A stretch of 64,000 nucleotides of DNA from a virus: IMG/VR virus record IMGVR_UViG_3300027917_001949, positions 88,754-152,753 of that record. The stretch is one strand, 5' to 3'. Below the pieces are notes generated by a model. It saw only the letters and a program-made list of their open reading frames with translations, was not told the origin of the DNA and did no database searches. The position numbers and the translations under genes were made by a program. Shown piece by piece: positions 52,721-63,458 of this stretch (its first letter is position 1; the number at the start of each line of letters is the position of its first letter).

Positions 52721-54754
52721 ATGAGAGTAATTAAGCGTGATGGAAGAATTGTTAAGTATAACCCAGATAAGATAGTTCTTGCTGTTACGAAAGCTATGAA
52801 GTCAATTGGTTTGTCTGATGATAAGATACCAAATGACATAGCCCAGAAAGTAACTGATAATATAAACGGTAGCAAAGAGATTTCGGTAGAGGATATACAG
52901 GATAAGGTTGAGAATGCCCTGATAGGGTTGGGCAATGCTAAACTTGCCAAAGAATATATTCTCTACAGAGCACGTCGAGCGCAGGTTCGTGGGTTCAGGG
53001 AAGCTATCGGTGTACAAGACGACGAATTGAAACTAGGTGTCAATGCTCTATCCTTACTTGACAAGCGTTATTTGAAGTCATTTGATGGGAAAAAGGAGAC
53101 ACCGTCACAGATGTTTAGGAGAGTTGCCAAACACGTTGCTTCAGTGGAGAAACAATACGGGTCAAATCCAGACTATTGGAGTAGGGTGTTTTACAATTTA
53201 ATGGCAAACCAGATATTTTTACCGAATACACCGTGTCTGGCAAATGCTGGCAACGTAGACCTAAACTTTTTGTTTGCCTGTTATGCGTTTGAAGTTGGTG
53301 ATTCGATGGAAGAAATTCTTCAGACTGCAAAAGATTGTGGAATGGTGCAGAAAACAGGTGGTGGAGTAGGTTTACATCTATCTAAATTAAGACCATCTGG
53401 TGACTTTGTAAAATCGACTGAGGGTATCGCTAGTGGACCTATTGACTTTATGAGGATATTTGATACCGTGAGCGACGTTATTAAACAGGGAGGTATTAGA
53501 CGTGGTGGTAACTTAGGCTTATTGCTTGTTAACCATCCAGATATTATCGAGTTTATCAAATGCAAAAACGATGAAACAAGGTTTAATAATTTTAATATAT
53601 CAGTTGCTTTTACTGATGAATTCATGCGGTGTGTTGAGAATGACGAGTTGTTTGAGTTGGTTAATCCAAAAGATAACTCAGTCGTCACGAAAATTAATCC
53701 GAGGCATCTTTTCAGGTTCATTGCAGAGTCTGCTTGGAGCAATGGAGAACCAGGATTCGTGTTCTGGGATAGAATGGAACTTGACAATCCAACCCCCGAC
53801 CAAGGTCATCTGATTAAGAACCTGTGTGGAGAGCAAGATTTACTTCCTTATGAAGCGTGTTGTCTTGGTTCAATTAATCTCGCTAAATTTGTTGAGGATG
53901 ACCAGATTGTGTACACCTCTCTCAGAAAAGTGGTAAATCATTCTGTGAGATTCTTGGATGACGTTATTGATGCTTCTAACTATCCGCTTGAAAGAATAGC
54001 AGATACAGTACATAATAATAGGAAGATAGGTTTAGGGGTCATGGGATTTGCTGATATGCTATTCCTGTTGGGTATACCTTATGACTCAGAAGAAGCTGAA
54101 GATGTGGCACACCATGTGATGTCATTTATAAATACAGAAGCTAGACGTGCGTCTGCAAAATTAGCGGAGGATAAGGGGTCGTTTCCAGCGTTGACGACAT
54201 CTGTAATTAATGAACCGAGAAGAAACGCAACCCTTACTACTATCGCACCAACTGGCAGTATTAGTATTATAGCAGAAACATCTAGCGGGATAGAACCAGC
54301 ATTTGCAATAGTATATCAGAAAACAAATATTCTTGAGAGTAACACCTTTTTTGAGATAAATCCTGTGTTTGAGGAAGTTGCCAAACGTGAGGGGTGGTAT
54401 TCTCAATCATTGATTAATAAGATAATAAAGAACGGTGGAATTGTTGCCGGTATACAAGACATTCCAGATAAGTGGCAACGTGTTTTCAGAACTGCTCTTG
54501 AGATAGCTCCTGAGTGGCACGTCAGGATGCAGGCAGCGTTCCAAAATAATATTGATAATTCAATCTCTAAGACAGTCAATTTACCATCATACGCAACGGT
54601 TGAAGACGTAGAACGAGTCATATTACAAGCGTACGCATCCGGCTTGAAGGGTCTTACAGTGTTTCGTGATAAGAGTCGAACTAAACAAGTATTAGAAACG
54701 TTGTGTATAGAGTGTGAGGACGACGTTTGTCCAATTACTCTTGACGACTCTTAA
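52721..54754 (+). CDS. nrdJ: Class II (B12-dependent) ribonucleotide reductase with ATP cone
   Basis: VIKRDG ATP cone, PNTP, QGGIRRG, NLCGEQ, IGLGVMG, TIAPTGSIS, SISKTVN, C-terminal Cys. Confidence 0.92.
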   Translation: MRVIKRDGRIVKYNPDKIVLAVTKAMKSIGLSDDKIPNDIAQKVTDNINGSKEISVEDIQDKVENALIGLGNAKLAKEYILYRARRAQVRGFREAIGVQDDELKLGVNALSLLDKRYLKSFDGKKETPSQMFRRVAKHVASVEKQYGSNPDYWSRVFYNLMANQIFLPNTPCLANAGNVDLNFLFACYAFEVGDSMEEILQTAKDCGMVQKTGGGVGLHLSKLRPSGDFVKSTEGIASGPIDFMRIFDTVSDVIKQGGIRRGGNLGLLLVNHPDIIEFIKCKNDETRFNNFNISVAFTDEFMRCVENDELFELVNPKDNSVVTKINPRHLFRFIAESAWSNGEPGFVFWDRMELDNPTPDQGHLIKNLCGEQDLLPYEACCLGSINLAKFVEDDQIVYTSLRKVVNHSVRFLDDVIDASNYPLERIADTVHNNRKIGLGVMGFADMLFLLGIPYDSEEAEDVAHHVMSFINTEARRASAKLAEDKGSFPALTTSVINEPRRNATLTTIAPTGSISIIAETSSGIEPAFAIVYQKTNILESNTFFEINPVFEEVAKREGWYSQSLINKIIKNGGIVAGIQDIPDKWQRVFRTALEIAPEWHVRMQAAFQNNIDNSISKTVNLPSYATVEDVERVILQAYASGLKGLTVFRDKSRTKQVLETLCIECEDDVCPITLDDS

Positions 54755-54780
54755 TACTAGGAGAGGAACGGAGAGTAAAA

Positions 54781-55092
54781 ATGTCTAGGAGAACGCAAGG
54801 TAATGTGGCAATAGAGCCGTTTGATTTCTATAGATACGAGAATGCGGAAAAGTGCTGCTCCATTTGCGGTCACGCTATTTACACAGCAAATCATAATACC
54901 TACTTTTGTAATAAGTGTTACCGGACGTGGAAGTACGAGATATTGGGGAAAGAACCTTGGGTTATCTATCTTCAACGATTGGAAAACAGGAGACGATATA
55001 GAAAAGAGAAGGTGGAGAGTAAAATAACGTTAATATATCTAGACAATAACCTAGACATAGACGATGAAGGTAACCTAGTTCAGAGGGATTAG
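54781..55092 (+). CDS. Zn-finger hypothetical protein
   Basis: CSIC...FCNKC. Confidence 0.65.
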   Translation: MSRRTQGNVAIEPFDFYRYENAEKCCSICGHAIYTANHNTYFCNKCYRTWKYEILGKEPWVIYLQRLENRRRYRKEKVESKITLIYLDNNLDIDDEGNLVQRD

Positions 55093-55694
55093 TGATGGGT
55101 AGGAAAAAGAAGGGTAGCGATTTACAAGATAAAATAGATAAATATTTGACTGACTATGAACTGGACGATTTGAATCAGTCAAATGATATGCAAGCATTGA
55201 CTACGATGTGCCAACTTGAGTTGAATATAGAGAAGATTCAGGAAGCACTGAGCAGTCTTGAATATAAGAAAAGTACTAAAAAAGGTAAAGAGACATCTAT
55301 TGATACGAAGCAGATACGTGAGTTGCATAGTGCATTACGTGATGCTAATCAGAACTGGGTGCAGCTACAGACTGAGTTAGGTATTAACAGACGGCAGAGA
55401 CGTAGCGATGATGATGAGACACCGTTGCAGCACGTCATGAAGATTCAGGATTTGGCACGTAAGTTCGTAGATAGTCGTTATAATAAGGTTGTATGTTCTG
55501 ACTGTGGTCAGTATCTTGGTAAATATTTGCTGTATGTTACCGAGAAGGGTGAGGAAGGGTCTATTGAAAGTAAAACGGAGAAAGTAGAACCCTATAAACA
55601 TACTTTTAGGGTAGAGTGTTGGAAGTGCGGGAAGATGGTTGAAGACTCCAACGAAGACATTGTTTTAACTTATGAAGGAAAAGGTAACATTTAA
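55092..55694 (+). CDS. Candidate terminase small subunit
   Basis: Directly upstream of and overlapping terL; helical N-terminus, ELGINR, C-terminal Zn ribbon. Confidence 0.5.
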   Translation: MMGRKKKGSDLQDKIDKYLTDYELDDLNQSNDMQALTTMCQLELNIEKIQEALSSLEYKKSTKKGKETSIDTKQIRELHSALRDANQNWVQLQTELGINRRQRRSDDDETPLQHVMKIQDLARKFVDSRYNKVVCSDCGQYLGKYLLYVTEKGEEGSIESKTEKVEPYKHTFRVECWKCGKMVEDSNEDIVLTYEGKGNI

Positions 55695-57264
55695 CGATGG
55701 TGAATTAGCTGTACTGGAATTACTGGAAGACCCAGTTCTTTTCGGTGAGTTTATTCGAAGTGCCGAAGATGAGATAGAAGAGGGTGAAGGGTGGCATTAT
55801 GACAATTATCAGCGCAAGATGCTAACTGATAGTAGTCACTACGTCAGTATTGCAACAGGTCGTACTACCGGTAAGACGGCTAGCATGGAGACTAAAATAA
55901 TCCAGTTAGCAATATCTAATATATATGCACGAGCAAGTGCTAATGAGATTTTACTGGTAGTTCAAAACAAATCACAGCTTGACCCAGTTTTTGCCAGGGT
56001 TGTTAAGTTCTTCAGGATGCACTGGTTCTTAAAGTACTTCATTGACAGAATGAGCGTTAATATGTCTAATCACGAAATAAAGTTGTTAAATGGTTGTGTG
56101 ATTAGGTGTAGAATTGTCGGTGCTACCGCTGATAGTAACGTTATCGGTCTTCACGTCCCATGCATCTTTGTTGATGAGGGTCAGGTGTTTGCATACTCAG
56201 CATGGAATTCACTTATGCAATGTCTTACCACGTGGGATGAAGACTTCTACTTGTGGGTAAGCGGTGTACCAAATGGTCTTCGTGAGAAGAATGTTCTTTA
56301 CGAATGTGACCAAATTGATGAGAAGTACTCACGACATAACGTATCACGTCTGAAAAGTACTAGATACACCGAGGAACAACATAATACTGACCTTAAGCAG
56401 TATGGTGGTGAGAACGGTGATGATTATGTTCATCTTGTTCTTGGTGAACACGGTTCTCCAGCATTCTCTGTCTTTGACAGAAAATTAATGTTGATTGAGG
56501 ATTATCCGGTTGACGTTCACTTGATGAACAATATTACATTAGAACAACATGCGGGTAACTTTAACGAAGTTCTTATGGTTAAGGACTTACCGCCAGATAT
56601 TGTTAAGAAATATGACCTTATCATAGCTGGTATTGATGCTGGTTTCTCTAATGACCCGACGATTATTACGATATTGTGGAGAAATGCTGATACATTGGTG
56701 TGGAGAGAGTTTACTAGAATAGAACTGAGAAGAATTAAATACCCAGACCAAGCTAAGATAATCGATTGGTTAGACAGTATTTACGGTTTCAACATGATTG
56801 CAATAGACGCTGGTAGTTCTGGATTAGCGTTGTGTCAAATACTGCAAGATGACAATGGTGAATTCAAACGTAAGGAATTCATTAAACGACTGATACCGGT
56901 TGATTTTCAAGCGAATGTTGTAACTGGGTACGACGATGAAGAGAAGGAAATAAAAAGCAGGGTAAGGAAGTTTACTATACAAACACTTCAAAAATGGTCA
57001 CAGAATGACCAGATTATTGCGTTTACAACTCAAGATGACGATGTCATTAATGAGCTTGAGCGAGTCGGGTTCACTAGGGATATGTTGGGAGAACCAAAAT
57101 TCTTTGTTTATTCTCCACAAGGTGGTCAAAGGGGCGAAGACCATATCTTAGCTTCTATCTTGACGTGGGTGTATGGTTATTATTATAAATATTATTCTCC
57201 AGAAAAACCAAAAACTAAAGGTAAGTTAAGCGACCTTGCTAAAGGTGGATGGTTTCAGAGGTAA
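55672..57264 (+). CDS. terL: Terminase large subunit
   Basis: YQ motif, GRTTGKT, IFVDE, SGVP, RNase H-like GIDAG, IDA, EDH. Confidence 0.88.
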   Translation: MKEKVTFNDGELAVLELLEDPVLFGEFIRSAEDEIEEGEGWHYDNYQRKMLTDSSHYVSIATGRTTGKTASMETKIIQLAISNIYARASANEILLVVQNKSQLDPVFARVVKFFRMHWFLKYFIDRMSVNMSNHEIKLLNGCVIRCRIVGATADSNVIGLHVPCIFVDEGQVFAYSAWNSLMQCLTTWDEDFYLWVSGVPNGLREKNVLYECDQIDEKYSRHNVSRLKSTRYTEEQHNTDLKQYGGENGDDYVHLVLGEHGSPAFSVFDRKLMLIEDYPVDVHLMNNITLEQHAGNFNEVLMVKDLPPDIVKKYDLIIAGIDAGFSNDPTIITILWRNADTLVWREFTRIELRRIKYPDQAKIIDWLDSIYGFNMIAIDAGSSGLALCQILQDDNGEFKRKEFIKRLIPVDFQANVVTGYDDEEKEIKSRVRKFTIQTLQKWSQNDQIIAFTTQDDDVINELERVGFTRDMLGEPKFFVYSPQGGQRGEDHILASILTWVYGYYYKYYSPEKPKTKGKLSDLAKGGWFQR

Positions 57265-57266
57265 TT

Positions 57267-58775
57267 ATGGCAGATGAAAAAGATAGTGTAGCTACAGGTG
57301 AAGCTACTGATAGTAAGAAATTAGTACAAGCGTCTGTTAATATTGTTAATACAGACCAAACACAGACAGGTTTATTGTTTACAAACACTGTTGATAAGAT
57401 GGAAGTGCCAACTGATTATCATAAACTGATAAAGATTTGTCGGTTCTTCTATAAGCATGACCCGATTGCGGGTACGGTACTAAACAAGATGGTAGATTGT
57501 GCGATTACTCCTATCAATAACCGTCGTGGTGAGTGCAGTGACGAGGAATATGAAACGTACGAGGCACTCGGAGACATGTTGCAGGAGTTCTTCAGAAACG
57601 CATGTCTTGAATATTTGTTATCTGGTATGGTCATTCCGCATTACGAATGGTCACGTGTCAAGGGTAGTGATTTGTCACCTGCACTTAACTCAAGACGTAG
57701 ACTTGAAGTACCTGATAACATATGGTTCAGAGACCCTGCTACTATAACCGTTAAGAACTCTCCTATTCCAAATAAAAAGTATTATTACGTTGAGGTTGAT
57801 GCCGACACTATTAGCTTTATCAAAAGTGGTGGTAAGTTGAAAGATGGTACGTATGATAAGGAAACGTATAACGAGTTGGAGAAGAATTATCCAGAGTTTG
57901 TGAAAGCTGTTAAAGAAATGAAGGGAACGAAGATGCAAGTTCGCTTGGATGGTATTAGACCGATTACGTCTAAGACATTACCCGAAGACGCATACCCTAT
58001 TCCTTACATGGAAAATGCTCTTGAGTCATTGATGCACAAGAGAAACTTGAAGAGAATGGATTATTCAGTTGCGTCACGTGTTATCGGTGCAATTCAATTG
58101 ATTAAATTGGGCAACGATGAATATCCGTGCACCGATGATTCAGACTTTGACGCTATCAAACATCAGATGAACTACAGGACTAGTAGCGGAGCACAGGAAA
58201 GGATATACCAGTTATTTGGTAATCATACCCTTGAAATATCTTGGGTGTTCCCAGATACTGAAGCAATGCTTAACCGTGAGAAGTATGGTGTTGTCGATGA
58301 TGATATTATTTCAGCTTTTGGATTTCCACGTACATTAATTACTGGTGAAACATTGCGTTCAAATGTGGCTGGTGGGTCTGATTTTGCTGCTTTCTCTCCT
58401 ATTGCCACCATGGAAACCATAAGGGATATTCTGATAGAATGGCTGAAGGTTTTATACAAAGAGATAAAAGAGACTAATAAATTTAAGAGCGCACCTATCC
58501 CTAGCTTCAAACCATTGAGATTATACAAGCTTGCTGACCTTAACTTGATTGGTCAGTCGCTTTACATGGAAGGTAACCTTTCTCGTACGACCAGACAAGA
58601 GTTGCTTGACATTGATTTTGATACTGAAGTTGAGCGTAAGGGATATGAGGAGAAGGTGATGGAAGAGAAGGGTATCCCACCAGCACCTCAGATTCCGTTC
58701 TCATCTCCTGAAATAGGTAACCCAAATAACAACCAAGTCGTGAAAAACCAAAATAAGGGGGATAATCAAGGTTAG
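57267..58775 (+). CDS. Portal protein
   Basis: About 500 aa directly after terL; RFFYKHDPI, YPIPY, IISAFGFP pattern; GAGG RBS. Confidence 0.75.
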   Translation: MADEKDSVATGEATDSKKLVQASVNIVNTDQTQTGLLFTNTVDKMEVPTDYHKLIKICRFFYKHDPIAGTVLNKMVDCAITPINNRRGECSDEEYETYEALGDMLQEFFRNACLEYLLSGMVIPHYEWSRVKGSDLSPALNSRRRLEVPDNIWFRDPATITVKNSPIPNKKYYYVEVDADTISFIKSGGKLKDGTYDKETYNELEKNYPEFVKAVKEMKGTKMQVRLDGIRPITSKTLPEDAYPIPYMENALESLMHKRNLKRMDYSVASRVIGAIQLIKLGNDEYPCTDDSDFDAIKHQMNYRTSSGAQERIYQLFGNHTLEISWVFPDTEAMLNREKYGVVDDDIISAFGFPRTLITGETLRSNVAGGSDFAAFSPIATMETIRDILIEWLKVLYKEIKETNKFKSAPIPSFKPLRLYKLADLNLIGQSLYMEGNLSRTTRQELLDIDFDTEVERKGYEEKVMEEKGIPPAPQIPFSSPEIGNPNNNQVVKNQNKGDNQG

Positions 58776-58777
58776 GT

Positions 58778-59725
58778 ATGAAATTTGAAGTAATTCATGA
58801 CTTCGTCCAATATGATGGTGTATTATTACCGATAGAGGACGAGTTGGAGAGTCGTGGGTGGACTGTTGTTAAGACTAGGGTTGCCACCTACGGTAAGGAT
58901 AAATCAGTAAAAGGTACGTTGGGATGTCAGACTGGACCGTGGATACCGAAGAGACCACCGACTAACCCGTCATTTCTTATTTTTCACGGTGTGTCTTTCA
59001 TAAAAAATTGGGCACGAAGGTATTCAACATGGGATTATGTAATTGTTCCGAGCGAGTTTTGGAAAACGTCACTGACACATGATGGATTTGCTGTGCCATT
59101 AGGTCTTGGTTGGTCTAAGTCAGATATTCTGATAAATGAAAGCGAGAAACGTGAATTCTATCATAATTTAATAAAAACACGGCACAAACTGGATAATCGT
59201 CCAATTATTGCTTTTGCACCAACGTACACTAAAAATGCAAGTAAGCAGAAACCAGGTTCAGCTAGACACCTACTTAAATTGGCGAAAGTGCTGTCTGACT
59301 ATAATCTTGTCTTTATACCACATGTGATGTGTGACTTTAGAGGTAAGTATAACGACTATCAACCGAGAACAAGTCATGATTACCCAAAAAAGCATGAGTA
59401 TCTTCTTGGAGCAGATATGTTAATTAGCGATACGTCTAGTATGGTGTTCGAGTTCGCTTTACTAGATAGACCAATAATTACCTTGAATGACCCACGTGAC
59501 CCGAAGTATATGAATATACAAGGAATGGACGAGAAGGTAGACATTGGTCGTATAGTTGATTACAACGACTTTGATAAATTACCAAAGATTGTCGCAGACG
59601 AGTTAACGAATCCATCACAACATCATGCTCGTCGAAAATATTGGGTAGACAAGTGTTTGGGGTACTGTGATGGTAATTCAACAACACGTATTGTCGATAA
59701 GATAGAGGAGATTTGCGGTGGGTGA
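58778..59725 (+). CDS. CDP-glycerol:glycerophosphate transferase (TagB/TagF-like, GT-B fold)
   Basis: FHG, G.SKSD, FAPT, ADMLISDTSSMVFEFALLDRPII, DGNST.RI. Confidence 0.85.
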   Translation: MKFEVIHDFVQYDGVLLPIEDELESRGWTVVKTRVATYGKDKSVKGTLGCQTGPWIPKRPPTNPSFLIFHGVSFIKNWARRYSTWDYVIVPSEFWKTSLTHDGFAVPLGLGWSKSDILINESEKREFYHNLIKTRHKLDNRPIIAFAPTYTKNASKQKPGSARHLLKLAKVLSDYNLVFIPHVMCDFRGKYNDYQPRTSHDYPKKHEYLLGADMLISDTSSMVFEFALLDRPIITLNDPRDPKYMNIQGMDEKVDIGRIVDYNDFDKLPKIVADELTNPSQHHARRKYWVDKCLGYCDGNSTTRIVDKIEEICGG

Positions 59726-60407
59726 CTTATACGGGATTGACACGGAAAAATATCCGATGGTTGATAACCCAGACTACGCATATTGGGGTAAATTAGGGGT
59801 CGGTGGAGGTGGAGGAACATTTACCAAGAAATCTTATGCGACACGGTATCGACCATATAACCACAGTATCGTTGATACTATCATTAAATTTTACGGTAGA
59901 CCGGAACGAGTTATATCACTTGGATGCGGAGTAGGTTTTGACGTTGAGAGGTTTGCACAGCTTGGTATTGACGTAGTAGGATTGGAAATTGCGGAACATA
60001 TGATAGAAGCTTCTCCAGTCGGGGAGCGCATTGTTCGTGGTTCGATGACGGATTTATCGCAGTTTAGAGATAACGAGTTTGACTTGGTAGTCTGTTTAGA
60101 GGTGATGGAACATTTACCACCAGAGTTAACGGAGCAAGCTATCAGTGAGATGAGACGAGTGGGTACAAAACGAGGAGTACTCACGATAGGTAGAGGTAAG
60201 AGTGACCCTACACATATTAACCTCAGACCTAGAGAGGCATGGATTGAACTATTAGCACCGATGGATGACCAGCTTCTGGCTAAGATTAGTAATAGTCTTA
60301 AAGAGAAGAGGTTAGTCGATATGGTGTGGGATAGAGTCTATACTATGAGGTTAGATGATGAAAGCAATAATACTGGCAGCGGGGATGGGAACAAGATTAG
60401 GTCTTGA
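59718..60407 (+). CDS. Class I SAM-dependent methyltransferase
   Basis: SLGCGVG, VVGLEI, FDLVVCLEVMEHL. Confidence 0.9.
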   Translation: MGDLYGIDTEKYPMVDNPDYAYWGKLGVGGGGGTFTKKSYATRYRPYNHSIVDTIIKFYGRPERVISLGCGVGFDVERFAQLGIDVVGLEIAEHMIEASPVGERIVRGSMTDLSQFRDNEFDLVVCLEVMEHLPPELTEQAISEMRRVGTKRGVLTIGRGKSDPTHINLRPREAWIELLAPMDDQLLAKISNSLKEKRLVDMVWDRVYTMRLDDESNNTGSGDGNKIRS

Positions 60408-61458
60408 CTTCCCCAAAGCGTTAGTGGAGATAGACGGAAAAACATTACTTGAACATAAGATAATTGGTTTAAAAGATAATGGGATTGACGATATTTACGT
60501 CGTTGTTGGTAAGTGGCATGAAAAATTTCCAACAGATTTAGATGTTAAGTATGTGGTTAATGATGAGTATGCCACCACCGGTAACTCATACAGCTTCAAA
60601 CTTGCATTGGATACGTGCGGTACGGATGATTACATTGTAGTGATGGACGGAGACCTTATGTTGGATTATAGGATATACTTCATGATTCAACCTAAGTTTC
60701 AGTATTTTGTAGATAACCTTAATCATCACTGGATGCCTGGAGACATCGGTATCAAGACTGACTTTAACAATAGAATAATCGATTTGGGTCGTGAGTATGA
60801 GTATTGCTCTATGTTGGGCATGGCAGTGTATCCACCAGAGTTTGTGAGGAGACTATATGCTAAGTTAACCGGTAAGGGGTATGATAAGAAGGACGAGTTA
60901 ATAGTATATGTTCGCAAACTGTTAAGTAATTTCCACGCCATACCAGAATTTGTACCATATCCTTGGGTCGAACTCGATTATCAAGGTGATGTAACCAAAG
61001 CACTCAATGCGTTTGATAAACCGTCACTAGAGACGGATGATTCAATAACGTTGAAGGAACTTAATTCGCTATACCGTGGTATGGGTGAGTTTGGTGGGTT
61101 ACATGTAAGTATGAGAAATCTTGATAGAGATAGTACGATTATAAAGAACTCAACATTTGCGGTGGTAAGACGTAACGGGAGAGTTGTTGGTAGTGGTCGT
61201 TACTTTACGGACGGAGCATATGCGGTTGCTATATGGGATGTAATGGTACGACCAGAATACCAAGGTCAAGGTATCGGCACGTCTATTACAAGACGACTCA
61301 TTGAAAGTGCAGAGAAGCTTCATCCGATAAAGATTTTTCTGATTGCTGACCCTGGAAAAGAGAGTTTCTACGAACAGTTTGGTTTTAAAATAACACGTGC
61401 ACCAGCGATGGAGAAGAGGTATGACTATGATAGATTTTCACCTAATTGGAACGGATAA
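60355..61458 (+). CDS. LicC-like cytidylyltransferase fused to a GNAT acetyltransferase
   Basis: AIILAAGMGTRL..PKAL, MDGD, W.ELD; C-terminal VMVRPEYQGQGIG...FYEQFGF. Confidence 0.88.
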   Translation: MMKAIILAAGMGTRLGLDFPKALVEIDGKTLLEHKIIGLKDNGIDDIYVVVGKWHEKFPTDLDVKYVVNDEYATTGNSYSFKLALDTCGTDDYIVVMDGDLMLDYRIYFMIQPKFQYFVDNLNHHWMPGDIGIKTDFNNRIIDLGREYEYCSMLGMAVYPPEFVRRLYAKLTGKGYDKKDELIVYVRKLLSNFHAIPEFVPYPWVELDYQGDVTKALNAFDKPSLETDDSITLKELNSLYRGMGEFGGLHVSMRNLDRDSTIIKNSTFAVVRRNGRVVGSGRYFTDGAYAVAIWDVMVRPEYQGQGIGTSITRRLIESAEKLHPIKIFLIADPGKESFYEQFGFKITRAPAMEKRYDYDRFSPNWNG

Positions 61459-62743
61459 AGACGCTGATTTAGAAGCTCTTCGAGAACCAAAACGTAGACT
61501 GGGCGTAGCGAGTGCAGGAGACCTAGATAGATTTTTTGTTATCAACCACGCATACAAAGAGTTTCTTTACGATGAGTGGGGTAATCAGTATATTGATTGC
61601 TGTTCACAGGGGTGGGTATCTACAATTGGACACAGTCATCCACGAGTCATTGATGCAGTAAAGGAAGTGATGGACTCTGGTTTGATTCACATTCGTCCAA
61701 GCTATTATACCATCCCAAAACTTGATTTAGCTTATAAATTAACAAATCTTGCACCAGAAGGTCTTAATAAGGTTAACTTTTGTCTCCATGGTTCGTTAGC
61801 AGTGGAGGGTGCGCTGAAGTTAGTGTTGATAAAACACCCAGATAAACCTATCGTCGTACTCGACACTGGATTTTGTGGTCGCAGTTTAGCCACCGGTTCG
61901 CTTAGTTGGGATTACGAGGAGAAACCAGAGTTTGATGTCCTGAAGACCGAGATTATACGAGCACCAAGTCCATATTGTTACAGGTGCAAGTTTGGTAAAA
62001 CTAAGGATAGCTGTAATTATGAATGTCTGAAAGAAACAGAGAGAATATTCGATGAGAAGAGACCTAGTGCTATTATTTATGAACCTATACAGGGTAATGG
62101 TGGTCAAATAACTTTTCCGTTCGAGTATCACGGGTTGCTTCGTGGTTTGTGTGATGCGTATGATGTTATCATGGTTGCTGATGAAATGCAAACCGCTTTC
62201 GGTAAATTACCAGAATTATTTGCGGCAGATTACTATGGCTTCAAGCCGGACATAATGGCAGTTGGTAAAGCTCTGGGTGGTGGGTTTCCTCTTGCAGCGA
62301 CATTGTACGGGGAAGGTCTTGATTTTAGGGGTGGAGACCAAACTTTTACCTTTGCTAGTTTCCCGTTGAGCATGGTAGCCAGTCTAGAAGCATTGCAGAT
62401 TATTCATGATGAGGAGATATGTGAGCAAGCTCGTGATAAAGGAAGTATTTTTGCCCTACGTTTAGCGGAATTACAGAGTCGGTATCCTATTATTGGTGAT
62501 GTTCGTCAGGAAGGGTTACTGATTGGTGTTGAGCTTGTCAAAGACCCAAATACAAAAGAACCTTATCCACAAAAAGTTCAGCAAATTATTGATTATGGTA
62601 TTTATGATGGTGGAGTAGTGTTCGGTTGCGACAAACACGCAGGTCTTGGCACAGTACTGAAAATAAAACCACCGTCTGTTATAAGTCATGAAAGTATAGA
62701 TAAAGTATTGTATGTATTGGAGTGCGGATTGAGTGAAAATTAA
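61421..62743 (+). CDS. Class III PLP-dependent aminotransferase
   Basis: GNQYID, GHSHP, EPIQGNGG, DEMQT, GKALGGG.P. Confidence 0.92.
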   Translation: MTMIDFHLIGTDKDADLEALREPKRRLGVASAGDLDRFFVINHAYKEFLYDEWGNQYIDCCSQGWVSTIGHSHPRVIDAVKEVMDSGLIHIRPSYYTIPKLDLAYKLTNLAPEGLNKVNFCLHGSLAVEGALKLVLIKHPDKPIVVLDTGFCGRSLATGSLSWDYEEKPEFDVLKTEIIRAPSPYCYRCKFGKTKDSCNYECLKETERIFDEKRPSAIIYEPIQGNGGQITFPFEYHGLLRGLCDAYDVIMVADEMQTAFGKLPELFAADYYGFKPDIMAVGKALGGGFPLAATLYGEGLDFRGGDQTFTFASFPLSMVASLEALQIIHDEEICEQARDKGSIFALRLAELQSRYPIIGDVRQEGLLIGVELVKDPNTKEPYPQKVQQIIDYGIYDGGVVFGCDKHAGLGTVLKIKPPSVISHESIDKVLYVLECGLSEN

Positions 62744-63458
62744 TAAAGTATTTGATTACGATGACTTTGACAGTGATGAACTCCAACCTTACCGAAATCT
62801 GTTTGGTGGACACACCCGAAAAACGTGGGAAAATCTTATGCTCTGCTATGGGGCAGATGCCTTACAGTGCGGTGGACGTGCTCTCGGTTTGGGGTGTTTA
62901 AAGGAAGCTCTGATGTTCGTATACGCTAACAAGTTTGAATCTGTTATAGCCACAGATAGAGCGTACTATCCTGGAAAGTATTGGGGTAAACAACATTATG
63001 ACGTAGACGAATTGTATCAGTACGCAAAAATATCGTATCCAGATAGCAGTATTACCTTTAAAGCCATGGACATGAAGGATATAGAGTTTGATGATGAGAC
63101 ATTTGACTATATTTGGAGTAGTTCGTCTGTTGAGCATGTTGGTTTACTACCAGATGTTGTCAAAGTATTCACTGAGATAGATAGAGTGCTAAAACCAAAT
63201 GGAATATGTGGTATTACTACGGAATGGAATCTTAAACCGACAGATACGATAATAAAATTTGCAAATGTATTGTGTTTTGACCAGAATGTATTGGATTCAA
63301 TAGATAAGGCGACGAGGTTAACATTGGTATCAGATTTAAGTGTCTGGCAAAGCGACAATCCGCATAATAGGGAGAAAGCATTTTATCGAGGTAAAACTAA
63401 CCACGGTACTAGACCGACAGATTATACGTCAGCGTCAATATTTTGGAGGAAGGAATGA
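62733..63458 (+). CDS. Class I SAM-dependent methyltransferase (type 11)
   Basis: LGLGC, FDDETFDYIWSSSSVEH, EIDRVLKPNG. Confidence 0.88.
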   Translation: MKINKVFDYDDFDSDELQPYRNLFGGHTRKTWENLMLCYGADALQCGGRALGLGCLKEALMFVYANKFESVIATDRAYYPGKYWGKQHYDVDELYQYAKISYPDSSITFKAMDMKDIEFDDETFDYIWSSSSVEHVGLLPDVVKVFTEIDRVLKPNGICGITTEWNLKPTDTIIKFANVLCFDQNVLDSIDKATRLTLVSDLSVWQSDNPHNREKAFYRGKTNHGTRPTDYTSASIFWRKE

